From: a virus
IMG/VR virus record: IMGVR_UViG_3300027805_000010
Location: 1 to 64,000 of that record
DNA: 64,000 nt
Reading direction: 5' to 3' (one strand)
Shown: positions 1 through 8,065 of the stretch, piece by piece
Layout of the letters: each line of letters starts with the position of its first letter
Numbering within the stretch: position 1 is the stretch's first letter
The notes under the pieces: model-generated
Databases searched by the model: none
Seen by the model: the letters and a program-made list of their open reading frames with translations, nothing else
Told to the model about the DNA's origin: nothing
Made by a program: the position numbers and the translations under genes

Positions 1-51
1 AATTGGATAAATATAGTAGGTGAGAAAAACATCACCTAGTGAGAAAAACTC

Positions 52-82
52 TTTCAGAATCTGAAACAACTTGTTATAATTA
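52..82 (+). promoter_or_regulatory. Class I (early, host sigma-A-like) promoter TTTCA-N18-TATAATTA
   Basis: Same spacing as copies at 6526, 18226, 19701, 26078 and ~25559. Resembles the Bacteroidota -33 TTTG / -7 TAnnTTTG promoter. Overlaps a class II motif AAAC-N18-TATAAA (64-91). Confidence 0.6.
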
Positions 83-106
83 CAGTATAAAATAAAAATA
101 GAAAAA

Positions 107-1267
107 ATGGCAAAAAGTATTACAACCCTATCAACCAACATGTTTAACCAAGCAAAAGCTGAGGCAATCGGAAATCAATTGATCCGTAAAGAGATCAGCC
201 TATCAGAATTCAATGTGGTTGATAACAATCATATTCAAATCGACGGTGTAGCAATCGAGGTTACTGATAAAGCTTTCGGTAAATTACTCGGTCGTCTTCG
301 TATTCCAAAGGCATTCGCCAAAAGATTCTCCGATGGATTCGGAAATGACGGCCTTCGCCAATTGGTTCAAATGATGAAAACTGCGAAATCTACTGCAAAT
401 GATCAAACAGTGACCCTATTAGTTGACCCATCTACTCGTAAAATTACTGATATTCTCCCTGCAGGGTATGCATCTATTAGTAACGAATCATTCTTTGACT
501 TCGCAACCCGTTATATTGATCAATACGGTTTAGGAGTAACTCATGTAGGATCTTCCCCTTATGGCGGATCTCAAATTAACTGTGTATCTCCACACGGAGT
601 ATTCCATGTACCAGGAATGAAAGATGAGGTATTCCAAACAGGTGTTACCTTCCGTAATACACCTACTCGTGGATTGGAAGTATCTCCTTACCTAAATCGT
701 CTTATCTGTACCAATGGAATGACATCAACTGCATTCGCAGAAAACTACGGTTTACATAGTTTAAATGACAAAAGCATCAATGAATTCAATGAGCATATGA
801 TCCGTATGGCCTCTACTGGGTTCCAACCCGTTGGATTAGCGGATACTATCCGTAAAGCTCACAATACAGATGCATCACTAGCAGAAATGCAAAAAGCTGT
901 ATCTGCAATCCTTTCAACTGACCAACGAGTGGACTACGACTATATCCAACGATATATCCCAATCGACCGCGCAATGAAAGCCTACGATATGGCAGGTGCT
1001 GACCCAAATACCTTTACTCAGGTACAACTGAAAAATGCCAAGAGTGGAATGAGTGTATGGGATGTAGTAAATGGTATGACCAATTTTGCATCTAATGATA
1101 ATCGCTATCAAATAGACAACAGTAAAATGGGGAATCTAATGGTAACAGCCGGTAATATACTAACAAAGAAACAATTTGATACTGAAGGTCTTCTTAATGT
1201 GGATCCTTTCGCTAATCGTTCGCTCCTAACTGAGAGAGAAGCTCAATTAGTACGCGGCGATATCTAA
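107..1267 (+). CDS. DUF932/DUF945-like phage/plasmid protein
   Basis: 386-aa ORF with the family-typical RLICTNGM motif preceded by GVTFRN. Confidence 0.6.
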   Translation: MAKSITTLSTNMFNQAKAEAIGNQLIRKEISLSEFNVVDNNHIQIDGVAIEVTDKAFGKLLGRLRIPKAFAKRFSDGFGNDGLRQLVQMMKTAKSTANDQTVTLLVDPSTRKITDILPAGYASISNESFFDFATRYIDQYGLGVTHVGSSPYGGSQINCVSPHGVFHVPGMKDEVFQTGVTFRNTPTRGLEVSPYLNRLICTNGMTSTAFAENYGLHSLNDKSINEFNEHMIRMASTGFQPVGLADTIRKAHNTDASLAEMQKAVSAILSTDQRVDYDYIQRYIPIDRAMKAYDMAGADPNTFTQVQLKNAKSGMSVWDVVNGMTNFASNDNRYQIDNSKMGNLMVTAGNILTKKQFDTEGLLNVDPFANRSLLTEREAQLVRGDI

Positions 1268-1307
1268 TATTGAGGATCGGGTTTTTCCGTTTACCCCCGT
1301 ACCTCCT

Positions 1308-1338
1308 AGGACTGGTTTAATCGCCAGTCCTTTTTTTT
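1308..1338 (+). terminator. Rho-independent terminator
   Basis: AGGACTGG-tttaatcg-CCAGTCC-T8 downstream of the 107..1267 ORF. Confidence 0.85.
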
Positions 1339-1339
1339 G

Positions 1340-2245
1340 TCTCTACATTCGCCCTTGATAGGAAATCTGCTGTAGTGGCGAATCAAGTTTCCGCAAATAC
1401 ACCCAGTTTTAGGCTCATTTTAGGCCCATTCTAGACCTCATCTAGAGCAGCCCCACAACTACCTCATCTAGAGGGCCTAAAATAGCCCTAAAAACACACA
1501 AAATAGCACATTATTAGGGAATTGTTATAGATCTACCATAGAATCTCACCATAATCCCATCTAGAAGGCCCAATTACTCTTAATTAGGGTAATATAGGCG
1601 TACAGCCACTAACACCTTCTAGCCTCAGCTAGCCCACTACCACCCTACATTGCCCAAAAACAACCAAAAAGACCAAAAGGCCTCTACTACCTCTGCAACC
1701 GCTACTACCACTCTAGAGCCCGCTACAGGCCCTAATCAGCCTGCTACAAGCACTAGATGAGAAAACCCTATTATACGGTTATGGAGTGGATCAGGTCTGA
1801 GTGGAGCCGTACCAGTAGATGGGGTACTGTAGGGACCTGTACTGGTGGATCCTGTTTGTCAATGGTGGACAGGTACCTGTACCGGTGGTACCGGCTAGTT
1901 AAAGACCTAGGGTACCCAAAGAGAACAGATCTCTCCAAGTGTATATTTCTCTTGGCCCTTTGGATGTGGGCTAGGGCCCATGGGCCGGTCCAGTCTAGAA
2001 AAATTCCAGCCTGAAATTTCTGGATAGTCCAGAATCCTCTAGTAATACAATGTCCATCCGGCGCACTTTTAGCTCTGGAAAATTTCTAGCCTGAAAAAAC
2101 CGGGTCACGCCAGATCCTCTAGTGGACGCGCCGCATCTATGCCCACACGGTGACCCTTCACCGGGTAGCTCGCGTCCCTTTAGTCTACTAGTCCACCGGT
2201 TGACCACCTAGGTACATCCGGGTACTCTCGTGATCTGGCTAGTCG
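1340..2245. other. GC-rich, palindrome-dense non-coding region; candidate replication origin or genome terminus/packaging region
   Basis: No convincing ORF. C-rich top strand to ~1760, then G-rich. About 19 CTAG sites in 1306-2242 by hand count. Inverted repeat 1407-1435/1467-1494. Imperfect ~80-bp-period direct repeat 1994-2043/2074-2123. Confidence 0.45.
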
Positions 2246-2247
2246 TG

Positions 2248-2276
2248 AAACTAATGGACTCGTGATCCATATAATA
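2248..2276 (+). promoter_or_regulatory. Class II promoter AAAC-N18-TATAAT
   Basis: The motif recurs in front of genes at 64, 2461, 5337, 23150 and 35904 with 17-18 nt spacers. Confidence 0.6.
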
Positions 2277-2302
2277 ACTGTAAGGAAACTAAAGAGAGAG
2301 AT

Positions 2303-2461
2303 ATGAAATGGATAAAGACTACAATCCACTGGTTTACCAGACCGCGAGATCCTCGGAGTCTTAGAGTATGGACCTGGGCCGTTCTATTTGCCACTGGTTG
2401 GGGACTGGGATGGTTCCTATACAGAGCACTCCGTGTAACCTGGGGCTGGATTTGGGAGTGA
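2303..2461 (+). CDS. Small Trp-rich membrane peptide (52 aa), not in the ORF track
   Basis: MKWIKTTIHWFTRPRDPRSLRVWTWAVLFATGWGLGWFLYRALRVTWGWIWE; follows a class II promoter; one hydrophobic segment. Confidence 0.6.
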   Translation: MKWIKTTIHWFTRPRDPRSLRVWTWAVLFATGWGLGWFLYRALRVTWGWIWE

Positions 2462-2489
2462 AACAAGTTGAGGGATCTGCAATATAATT
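2461..2489 (+). promoter_or_regulatory. Class II promoter AAAC-N18-TATAAT
   Basis: aaac aagttgagggatctgcaa tataat upstream of the 2517 ORF. Confidence 0.6.
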
Positions 2490-2516
2490 AAGGTACCAAA
2501 AGGGGACAAACCATAT

Positions 2517-2753
2517 ATGAACAAAACAACTGAAAGACGTGGAAGTTACGCTAGGCTTAACTATCTACAAAAGCTGACCAACTACACTGGTCGTAAGAGA
2601 CGTGGCGACGTAGTATTAATTGCTGAAAGAACTGGCTACAGTGCAGTCCATGTCAGCGATGTACTAAATGGCAAGTACAACAACTTAACGATCTTAAATG
2701 CTGCTTATGATCAGGCACGCGGAAGAAAGACTAACCTGTCTTGGATCGCCTAA
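2517..2753 (+). CDS. Small helix-turn-helix DNA-binding protein
   Basis: GDVVLIAERTGYSAVHVSDVLNG matches an HTH pattern; the protein is basic. Confidence 0.6.
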   Translation: MNKTTERRGSYARLNYLQKLTNYTGRKRRGDVVLIAERTGYSAVHVSDVLNGKYNNLTILNAAYDQARGRKTNLSWIA

Positions 2754-2757
2754 TAGA

Positions 2758-2790
2758 AGAGTGGGGGTGGTCTCTGGCTACCCCGCTTTC
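2758..2790 (+). terminator. Stem-loop, possible terminator
   Basis: AGAGTGGGGGTGGTC-tct-GGCTACCCCGCTTT hairpin after the stop codon; short U tract. Confidence 0.45.
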
Positions 2791-2887
2791 CTATCCCTAC
2801 GAGATCTTGGGCAAGATGGCCAGAGAGGCTCTATGTGCTGCAATGTGCGACTGCCATTGAAAGACTAAAAGAAAGAAGAGAAGAAAC

Positions 2888-3307
2888 GTGATGGAATTAT
2901 TAAATACGCATCCAATTAAAAAATCAGACCTAGGGTTTCATGGTAACCTATTTGGTGGAAAGCTGCTTGCCTGGATTGACGCTGCGGCAGCTGGGTTTAG
3001 CATGCAGTTATGCGATACGCCACGAATGGTTACCGTAAGTATTGACAAGTGTAACTTTGAGAAACCTGCAAGGGAGAGCCAATTACTCAAGATCTATGGA
3101 GAGCCTCGAGAGTTAGGACATACCTCAGTTACAATGTACCTGGAGGCAAGAGCCCATAATGTTTATACAGGAAAACAAACACTAGTCCTTAAGACCCAGA
3201 TTAAATTCGTCCACATAGATGAAGAGGGTAACCCAATTCCTATTGGAGAACGTGGCCGTACCAGAATAACAAAAATAATTGGAGAACAACCAAAATCTGA
3301 AGCATGA
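2888..3307 (+). CDS. Acyl-CoA thioesterase (hotdog fold, YciA-like)
   Basis: DLGFHGNLFGGKLLAWIDAAA motif, VTVSID, and FVHIDEEGNP at the C-terminus. Confidence 0.9.
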   Translation: MMELLNTHPIKKSDLGFHGNLFGGKLLAWIDAAAAGFSMQLCDTPRMVTVSIDKCNFEKPARESQLLKIYGEPRELGHTSVTMYLEARAHNVYTGKQTLVLKTQIKFVHIDEEGNPIPIGERGRTRITKIIGEQPKSEA

Positions 3308-3657
3308 GTATAAAGAGAAAATTTACTGTTGAACCATCTTTACTTGGACTCGGTGGTCAACCCGTTAGAGAAATAACATTAAACATTGGAAACAATCCAC
3401 CTGGATCCACAGGAGCAACTGGGCCGGCTGGGATCGGAGCAACCGGAGCTACTGGTGCTGCTGGGTTTGGGGCTACCGGATCAACTGGAGAAGGGAGCAT
3501 CGGCGCGACTGGACCAGCAGGTAATCCACAAATGGAAGTGACTGCATCTAATGGTTCTGTGTGGGGCATTACCGTTTCTATTAATGGTATACTAGGAACT
3601 ACACAAGTAAGCGGTCCGGTAACTGGATCATCTGGAGTAACTCCTCCAGCAGGATAA
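3304..3657 (+). CDS. Short collagen-like (GAT repeat) protein
   Basis: [18 protein letters not shown] repeats like those in the large fibre genes. Confidence 0.65.
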   Translation: MSIKRKFTVEPSLLGLGGQPVREITLNIGNNPPGSTGATGPAGIGATGATGAAGFGATGSTGEGSIGATGPAGNPQMEVTASNGSVWGITVSINGILGTTQVSGPVTGSSGVTPPAG

Positions 3658-3687
3658 CAAGACGTGATTGATAAATAAAAGAAAACT

Positions 3688-3882
3688 ATGGAAAATACAA
3701 ATAATATCAAAAGTGGTTCTACTCCACCAAACAGCTTTATTTTTAAAGTAGGCGAAGCGTCTGAACCAGTTATTATAATTGACCAACAAGGATTCTGGTA
3801 TAAAGGAGAACTTGTTGAAGATGCTGGTGAAGTGTATCGCATGTTCAAAGAATTTATTGGAAGCGCCAATGAAGACCACTAA
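3688..3882 (+). CDS. Hypothetical protein
   Basis: 64-aa ORF after a GATAAATA late-type motif, with an A-rich start. Confidence 0.6.
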   Translation: MENTNNIKSGSTPPNSFIFKVGEASEPVIIIDQQGFWYKGELVEDAGEVYRMFKEFIGSANEDH

Positions 3883-4165
3883 AAAGAAAAATAGTAAGGC
3901 AGGTAAAATCACTAAGTGTTATCTTTGTGGTTCACCTGCTGCATATAGGATAACCGTTAAACCTGCAAGTAGTAGTCTACATGTATGTGATGATCCAAGT
4001 TGCTCAGAAGATGCATACTTTCAATTAGATCATGCAGGATTTGACTATCAAGGACGTCGTCGTTCTCAAGTAGAGTACACGGAAGCTACTATGGCGGCAA
4101 CTCTTATTCTTTTGATTGCCTTTACTATTGGCGTATTAGTCTATAAGATGTTAACCTCTCTTTAA
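3869..4165 (+). CDS. Zn-finger-like protein with C-terminal membrane anchor
   Basis: CYLC...CDDPSC plus a hydrophobic C-terminus. Start moved to the ATG at 3869. Confidence 0.55.
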   Translation: MKTTKKKNSKAGKITKCYLCGSPAAYRITVKPASSSLHVCDDPSCSEDAYFQLDHAGFDYQGRRRSQVEYTEATMAATLILLIAFTIGVLVYKMLTSL

Positions 4166-4485
4166 TGGAAAACGAAAAACATAAGGACCTAGGGGAGTTT
4201 AAAGTTGAACTCCAATGGGAAGGTAATGGTAACCAGGTTGTACTGGTTAAAGCTGCATGTCGTCAAAAGACCGACTGGTTTCAATATCGTCAAATGATCT
4301 ATAGAAGACTACCTTCTTGGAGTAAAGAATGTTACTATTGCTTATGGGGATCTGCATCTAAACCAATCACCCAGTTGGCTCCAATTGAATGTATTACTCC
4401 AACTGGAAGAATGCAAGGTTTAGGACCTTCACTTAAGTTCTTTAATCAGCTAGTTAATTCTGCACAGCAGATTCAAATGTCATAA
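4165..4485 (+). CDS. Hypothetical protein
   Basis: Translationally coupled ORF (TAATG overlap). Confidence 0.6.
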   Translation: MENEKHKDLGEFKVELQWEGNGNQVVLVKAACRQKTDWFQYRQMIYRRLPSWSKECYYCLWGSASKPITQLAPIECITPTGRMQGLGPSLKFFNQLVNSAQQIQMS

Positions 4486-4487
4486 TT

Positions 4488-4973
4488 ATGAGTATCTTTA
4501 ACCACCCACAATTTGTACATGATTCACATGGCTATCTTATTAGCAATACCAGAATTGATGGACTTATTCCTAATGCAGTTGAAGTTGGGGAAAATTTAAT
4601 ATCTGCGGTTGGTTCATGGATTCTATGTCATGACTCCTCAATCATCAACCATGTTGGCAAAGTAGCCGTTAGAAAAACGGTCATAGGTAATAATGTGTTC
4701 ATTGGATTGAATGCAATTATTATGCCTGGTGTAAATATCGGTGACGGTGTAATAGTAGGCGCAGGATCTGTTGTAACTAAAGATGCTAAACCTTATACGG
4801 TAATCGCAGGAAATCCTGCAAAATTTATATGTACGGTTGAAGACTACGTAGAAAGGGTAACAGCTAAAGCAATTTTAGTTGATCCAATCAAAGGAGACGT
4901 CAACGGTGATTCATTAACTGACTTTAGACTAAGATGGATAAGCCTATCCAATGAAACAACCGAATCTAACTAA
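4488..4973 (+). CDS. Hexapeptide-repeat sugar O-acyltransferase
   Basis: Left-handed beta-helix signature [36 protein letters not shown]...IAGNPAK. Confidence 0.9.
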   Translation: MSIFNHPQFVHDSHGYLISNTRIDGLIPNAVEVGENLISAVGSWILCHDSSIINHVGKVAVRKTVIGNNVFIGLNAIIMPGVNIGDGVIVGAGSVVTKDAKPYTVIAGNPAKFICTVEDYVERVTAKAILVDPIKGDVNGDSLTDFRLRWISLSNETTESN

Positions 4974-5020
4974 TTTTCATTTTTTAATTTCACTTTAACA
5001 TTTAATTCAAAACTATTATC

Positions 5021-5251
5021 ATGGAACTGCAAAAGAATCCCTTTTTTGTAAGCGAGCCCGTTAGTGGCAAAAATTACAAGCTTTGGAGTTTGCCAAAAGG
5101 TTCAACCGTAATTCGCGATGGTCTTAAGATCGTCGGTAAAGAAGTTGGGCCATTTGAAATTGTAAGACAGTCTGGAGATACCACTATTGGTAAGACTAAC
5201 TGGGATTACGAATTTCATCTTGATGCATCTCTTGACGTAATTGCTGCATAA
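5021..5251 (+). CDS. Hypothetical protein
   Basis: 76-aa ORF in the gene run. Confidence 0.6.
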   Translation: MELQKNPFFVSEPVSGKNYKLWSLPKGSTVIRDGLKIVGKEVGPFEIVRQSGDTTIGKTNWDYEFHLDASLDVIAA

Positions 5252-5260
5252 GCTTCGTTG

Positions 5261-5333
5261 ACCCTTATAGCTCAACGGTTAGAGCAGGATCCTTATACGA
5301 TCAAGGTTATGGGTTCAAATCCCGTTAAGGGTA
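5261..5333 (+). tRNA. tRNA-Ile(UAU)
   Basis: Acceptor ACCCTTA/TAAGGGT, D arm GCTC/GAGC, anticodon loop CT-TAT-AC, T arm ATGGG-TTCAAAT-CCCGT. No encoded CCA; G-A mismatch at the top of the anticodon stem. Confidence 0.85.
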
Positions 5334-5377
5334 CTTAAACAATGTACATAATATTCATATAATAATAAACATAAACT

Positions 5378-5575
5378 ATGCGAAAGACTTTATCCTTTTT
5401 AAGAACAAATTTACTTAGCCTTCAGTCGGTTATAATGTGGCTAATGGCAATAGTAAATTTTGGCAATGACACTTTTTGGTTCTTTGCAATTCCAGCAATC
5501 ATTGTTGGTGGTATGCAAGATATCCTTGACGAAATTCGTGAAATAAGAAAAGATGGCAAACCAGAAATTTTTTGA
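5378..5575 (+). CDS. Small membrane protein
   Basis: Two hydrophobic segments; class II promoter at 5337-5364. Confidence 0.6.
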   Translation: MRKTLSFLRTNLLSLQSVIMWLMAIVNFGNDTFWFFAIPAIIVGGMQDILDEIREIRKDGKPEIF

Positions 5576-5729
5576 TGCCGACTTTCATATTGATGAAATC
5601 TTAATGGAAGCCAAAGCATATGGGCTTAGTCGAGAAGTTGATGAATATGCAAAAAAATTCTTAAAAGAAAATCCAGCTTTGGATAAAGTTGAAGCATATC
5701 AATTGGCATATCAAGAATGGATCAAATAA
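5553..5729 (+). CDS. Hypothetical protein (58 aa), not in the ORF track
   Basis: MANQKFFDADFHIDEILMEAKAYGLSREVDEYAKKFLKENPALDKVEAYQLAYQEWIK fills the gap between neighbouring genes. Confidence 0.65.
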   Translation: MANQKFFDADFHIDEILMEAKAYGLSREVDEYAKKFLKENPALDKVEAYQLAYQEWIK

Positions 5730-5923
5730 ACAATAGAAAATTTCCATGTGACCCAGATCATAACGGAGAATGCTTAGTATGCGACTGTTGGCCGAGTGAT
5801 TGCGCGTTTGATCGTTGGCTTAACAAAGACTATAAGTGGGAGACCGAGGAAGAACTTGACAAAATGTTTAAAGACTACAACAAAAAAGATTATGAAGACT
5901 ATTTACATGGATCAAACAATTAG
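5717..5923 (+). CDS. Small Cys-rich protein
   Basis: CDPDHNGECLVCDCWPSDC putative metal-binding motif. Confidence 0.5.
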   Translation: MDQINNRKFPCDPDHNGECLVCDCWPSDCAFDRWLNKDYKWETEEELDKMFKDYNKKDYEDYLHGSNN

Positions 5924-6045
5924 GTTAATTGCATCACAGGATCCTGCATATGCGCAAGAATTGATTAAGAGTGGAGTGGTTAAAGAAACCGAAGACAAAT
6001 TACCTTACCTGGTGATTGAAGAATAATTAACAAAATTAAACAGTA

Positions 6046-6333
6046 ATGAAAATTGAAGATAAAGCCCTTCTTAAAGAAGGTAAAGTATTGATTGACTTTT
6101 GGGCTCCTTGGTGTGGCCCATGCAAGATGTTAAAACCTATGGTTGAAAAATTCGCGGATGAGAAAGACGACGTTAAGGTTTACTTTTGTAATATAGATGA
6201 AGACTATGAAATGGCTGGCGCATTTAGTGTTAGAAGTATTCCTACACTTGTCTATTTAGAAGACGGCGAAATAAAAGGTCGTAAGGTTGGTGTTGTACCA
6301 CAGAGTGAGATTGAGGAAATGGTAAATTCGTAA
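6046..6333 (+). CDS. trxA: Thioredoxin
   Basis: DFWAPWCGPCK active site and SIPTL. Confidence 0.95.
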   Translation: MKIEDKALLKEGKVLIDFWAPWCGPCKMLKPMVEKFADEKDDVKVYFCNIDEDYEMAGAFSVRSIPTLVYLEDGEIKGRKVGVVPQSEIEEMVNS

Positions 6334-6334
6334 T

Positions 6335-6514
6335 ATGAATATCTTTAATATTATAGTTGTCTATCTCTCTATAGGTATTTTATGTGGAATGAGCATAGAA
6401 TCATTGATGGCAGAAACCGATCTTAATGAAAACACTACAAACGTTGAAAGATTCCTTTGGGTTACGTTTTGGCCTATCTTTGTCATCATCTTTTTATTTG
6501 GAATGAAAAAATAA
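6335..6514 (+). CDS. Small two-TM membrane protein (59 aa), not in the ORF track
   Basis: MNIFNIIVVYLSIGILCGMSIES...FLWVTFWPIFVIIFLFGMKK. Confidence 0.65.
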   Translation: MNIFNIIVVYLSIGILCGMSIESLMAETDLNENTTNVERFLWVTFWPIFVIIFLFGMKK

Positions 6515-6580
6515 TTTCAAATTACTTTCAGAACCAACAACCACTTGTTATTATTATTCTATAATCAAATAAAAACAAAT

Positions 6581-6808
6581 ATGAATAAATCTGCTGCTGC
6601 ATTTGCCCTAGGTCTATTATTACTGTTAGGTGCAATCGTTATTGGAATCTTTCTTGCATGGCCAATCCAATGGTTATGGAATAACGCCCTCGTTGGTTCT
6701 GTTAATGGAATCAATCCAATCGGATTTTGGCAGGCATACGGTATCTATATCTTAAGTACCATTATGTTTCGTAGTAATGTAAAAGCTTCATCCAATAACG
6801 ATAAATAA
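6581..6808 (+). CDS. Membrane protein
   Basis: Hydrophobic ORF (likely ATG at 6581) with WLWN and IGFWQAYG motifs; class I promoter at 6526-6556. Confidence 0.6.
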   Translation: MNKSAAAFALGLLLLLGAIVIGIFLAWPIQWLWNNALVGSVNGINPIGFWQAYGIYILSTIMFRSNVKASSNNDK

Positions 6809-6816
6809 CAACTGAT

Positions 6817-6905
6817 GGCCAGGTGGTGAAATAGGTAGACACAAGGGACTTAAAATCCCTCGGGCTGAAAAGCCCATGCGGGTTCGATTCCCGCCCTGGC
6901 TACCA
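6817..6905 (+). tRNA. tRNA-Leu(UAA)
   Basis: GGCCAGG/CCTGGCT acceptor, anticodon loop CT-TAA-AA, long variable arm, encoded CCA. Confidence 0.95.
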
Positions 6906-6910
6906 CAAAT

Positions 6911-6984
6911 GCCCGTATAGCTCAATTGGATAGAGCAACGCACTTCTAATGCGTAGGTTTCTGGTTCGAATCCAGATATGGGTA
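6911..6984 (+). tRNA. tRNA-Arg(UCU)
   Basis: GCCCGTA/TATGGGT acceptor, ACGCA-CTTCTAA-TGCGT anticodon arm, GGTTCGAATCC T arm. Confidence 0.95.
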
Positions 6985-7007
6985 CTAATTTTAAACAATT
7001 ATATAAC

Positions 7008-7268
7008 ATGGCAAATTTTAAAATCGGAGATCAAGTAAGTTGGGTAAAGAAAATGGCATGTGTGCCTCACCCTGAAGGTAGAACTGACCGCGAAGGTAAT
7101 ATCCTTCCTGTGTTTAGGGATACTGTTGTTAAAGGTAGAATTGTAGAATGGGGTGGAACCAATGCATGGTTCGTTAGACCTGAATTTGCAGAAGCTCATA
7201 AGAATAGAATCTGCGGAGAAAGGTATTATGATATTAAGATTGCTGAGCAAGATATCATTCTAGGATAA
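7008..7268 (+). CDS. Hypothetical protein (SH3/KOW-like start FKIGDQV)
   Basis: Likely start at ATG 7008; the track start lies inside tRNA-Arg. Confidence 0.6.
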   Translation: MANFKIGDQVSWVKKMACVPHPEGRTDREGNILPVFRDTVVKGRIVEWGGTNAWFVRPEFAEAHKNRICGERYYDIKIAEQDIILG

Positions 7269-7272
7269 ATAA

Positions 7273-7695
7273 AAAGACTGTCGTTCTTTGAAATAAAAAA
7301 AACAAAATTATGGAAACACTTTATTTTACTTTGGGTGTGCTTACGGTTCTGGTTGTACTTGGGGTTGTAGGTATGCTTATGGTTTGGAAAAAAGCTGCTA
7401 ATGCAGCAGAAGAAGCCCACTCCGTTTGGGATGGGATTGATTCATTGGCCGTTGATTTGGCTAAAGAAGCAGAAACTATTCATCGTCGTATAGATGAAGA
7501 ATTAACAAAAGTATCGTATAACTGCGATTCTATTGATAAAAACTTAGACGGTAAGGTTGAAGAAATTTACCGTACATTAGATTCACGTTTAGATAAACTT
7601 GAAAATAAATTAACGAAAATTTTTGAGGATGGGTGTAAACCTGTTCAAGAAAAGTAATATAATAAACAAATAAAAAATAAAGAACGACAGTTTTT
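7273..7695 (+). repeat. 17-nt inverted repeat enclosing one gene and abutting tRNA-Gly
   Basis: AAAGACTGTCGTTCTTT (7273-7289) versus AAAGAACGACAGTTTTT (7679-7695): 13 bp perfect, extended by one G-U and three A-U pairs. Confidence 0.75.
7310..7657 (+). CDS. Membrane-anchored coiled-coil protein
   Basis: N-terminal TM helix; heptad-rich LDSRLDKLENKL. Confidence 0.7.
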   Translation: METLYFTLGVLTVLVVLGVVGMLMVWKKAANAAEEAHSVWDGIDSLAVDLAKEAETIHRRIDEELTKVSYNCDSIDKNLDGKVEEIYRTLDSRLDKLENKLTKIFEDGCKPVQEK

Positions 7696-7767
7696 GCGGA
7701 TATCGTATAAAGGCTATTACTTCAGCCTTCCAAGCTGAAGATGAGGGTTCGATTCCCTCTATCCGCT
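7696..7767 (+). tRNA. tRNA-Gly(UCC)
   Basis: GCGGATA/TATCCGC acceptor, TCAGC-CTTCCAA-GCTGA anticodon arm, U discriminator. Confidence 0.95.
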
Positions 7768-7808
7768 CAATTTGGACACGGGGTCCAAAGGTTAAATTAA
7801 ATAATATC

Positions 7809-7970
7809 ATGAAGAAAATCTTCGCTCTTTTGGCTGTCGTAACAATGTTTGCGGCATGTAACATGGGAACTGGTACTTCAACCACAGACAGCACAGCGGC
7901 TGACTCTACAATGGTTGATAGTGTTGCGGTTGACAGTGTTGCAGTTGACTCTGCTGTAGTAGCTGAGTAA
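7809..7970 (+). CDS. Small Bacteroidota-type lipoprotein with D-S-(T/V/A) repeats (53 aa), not in the ORF track
   Basis: MKKIFALLAVVTMFAAC|NMGTGTSTTDSTAADSTMVDSVAVDSVAVDSAVVAE: lipobox FAAC and five D-S-x sequons. Confidence 0.8.
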   Translation: MKKIFALLAVVTMFAACNMGTGTSTTDSTAADSTMVDSVAVDSVAVDSAVVAE

Positions 7971-7979
7971 TTACCTAGT

Positions 7980-8060
7980 GTCTCGGTACGCTCTGAAGAA
8001 ATTCAACGACGAGGTCTCGGTAGGCAGATCTGCCTAAGCAGAACAAGTCTGATCCTACCC
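7980..8060 (+). ncRNA. Candidate structured RNA
   Basis: CTCG..TGAA-GAAA-TTCA..CGAG hairpin with a GNRA loop, and a GGTAGG/CCTACC stem enclosing CAGAT/GTCTG and CTGC-CTAA-GCAG. GTCTCGGTA occurs twice. Confidence 0.45.
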
Positions 8061-8065
8061 ACATT

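Noticed and set aside
1757-2207. ORFs 1757..2014 (+) and 1995..2207 (-)
   Set aside because: They lie in the palindromic GC-rich island, have atypical composition and no A-rich leader, so they are probably chance ORFs.
6788-7894. Minus-strand ORFs 6788..7009 and 7610..7894
   Set aside because: They are antisense to tRNA genes and to the small lipoprotein.
7993-8012. Hammerhead ribozyme core (CTGAAGA)
   Set aside because: No correctly placed stem II plus GAAA and cleavage triplet could be built.
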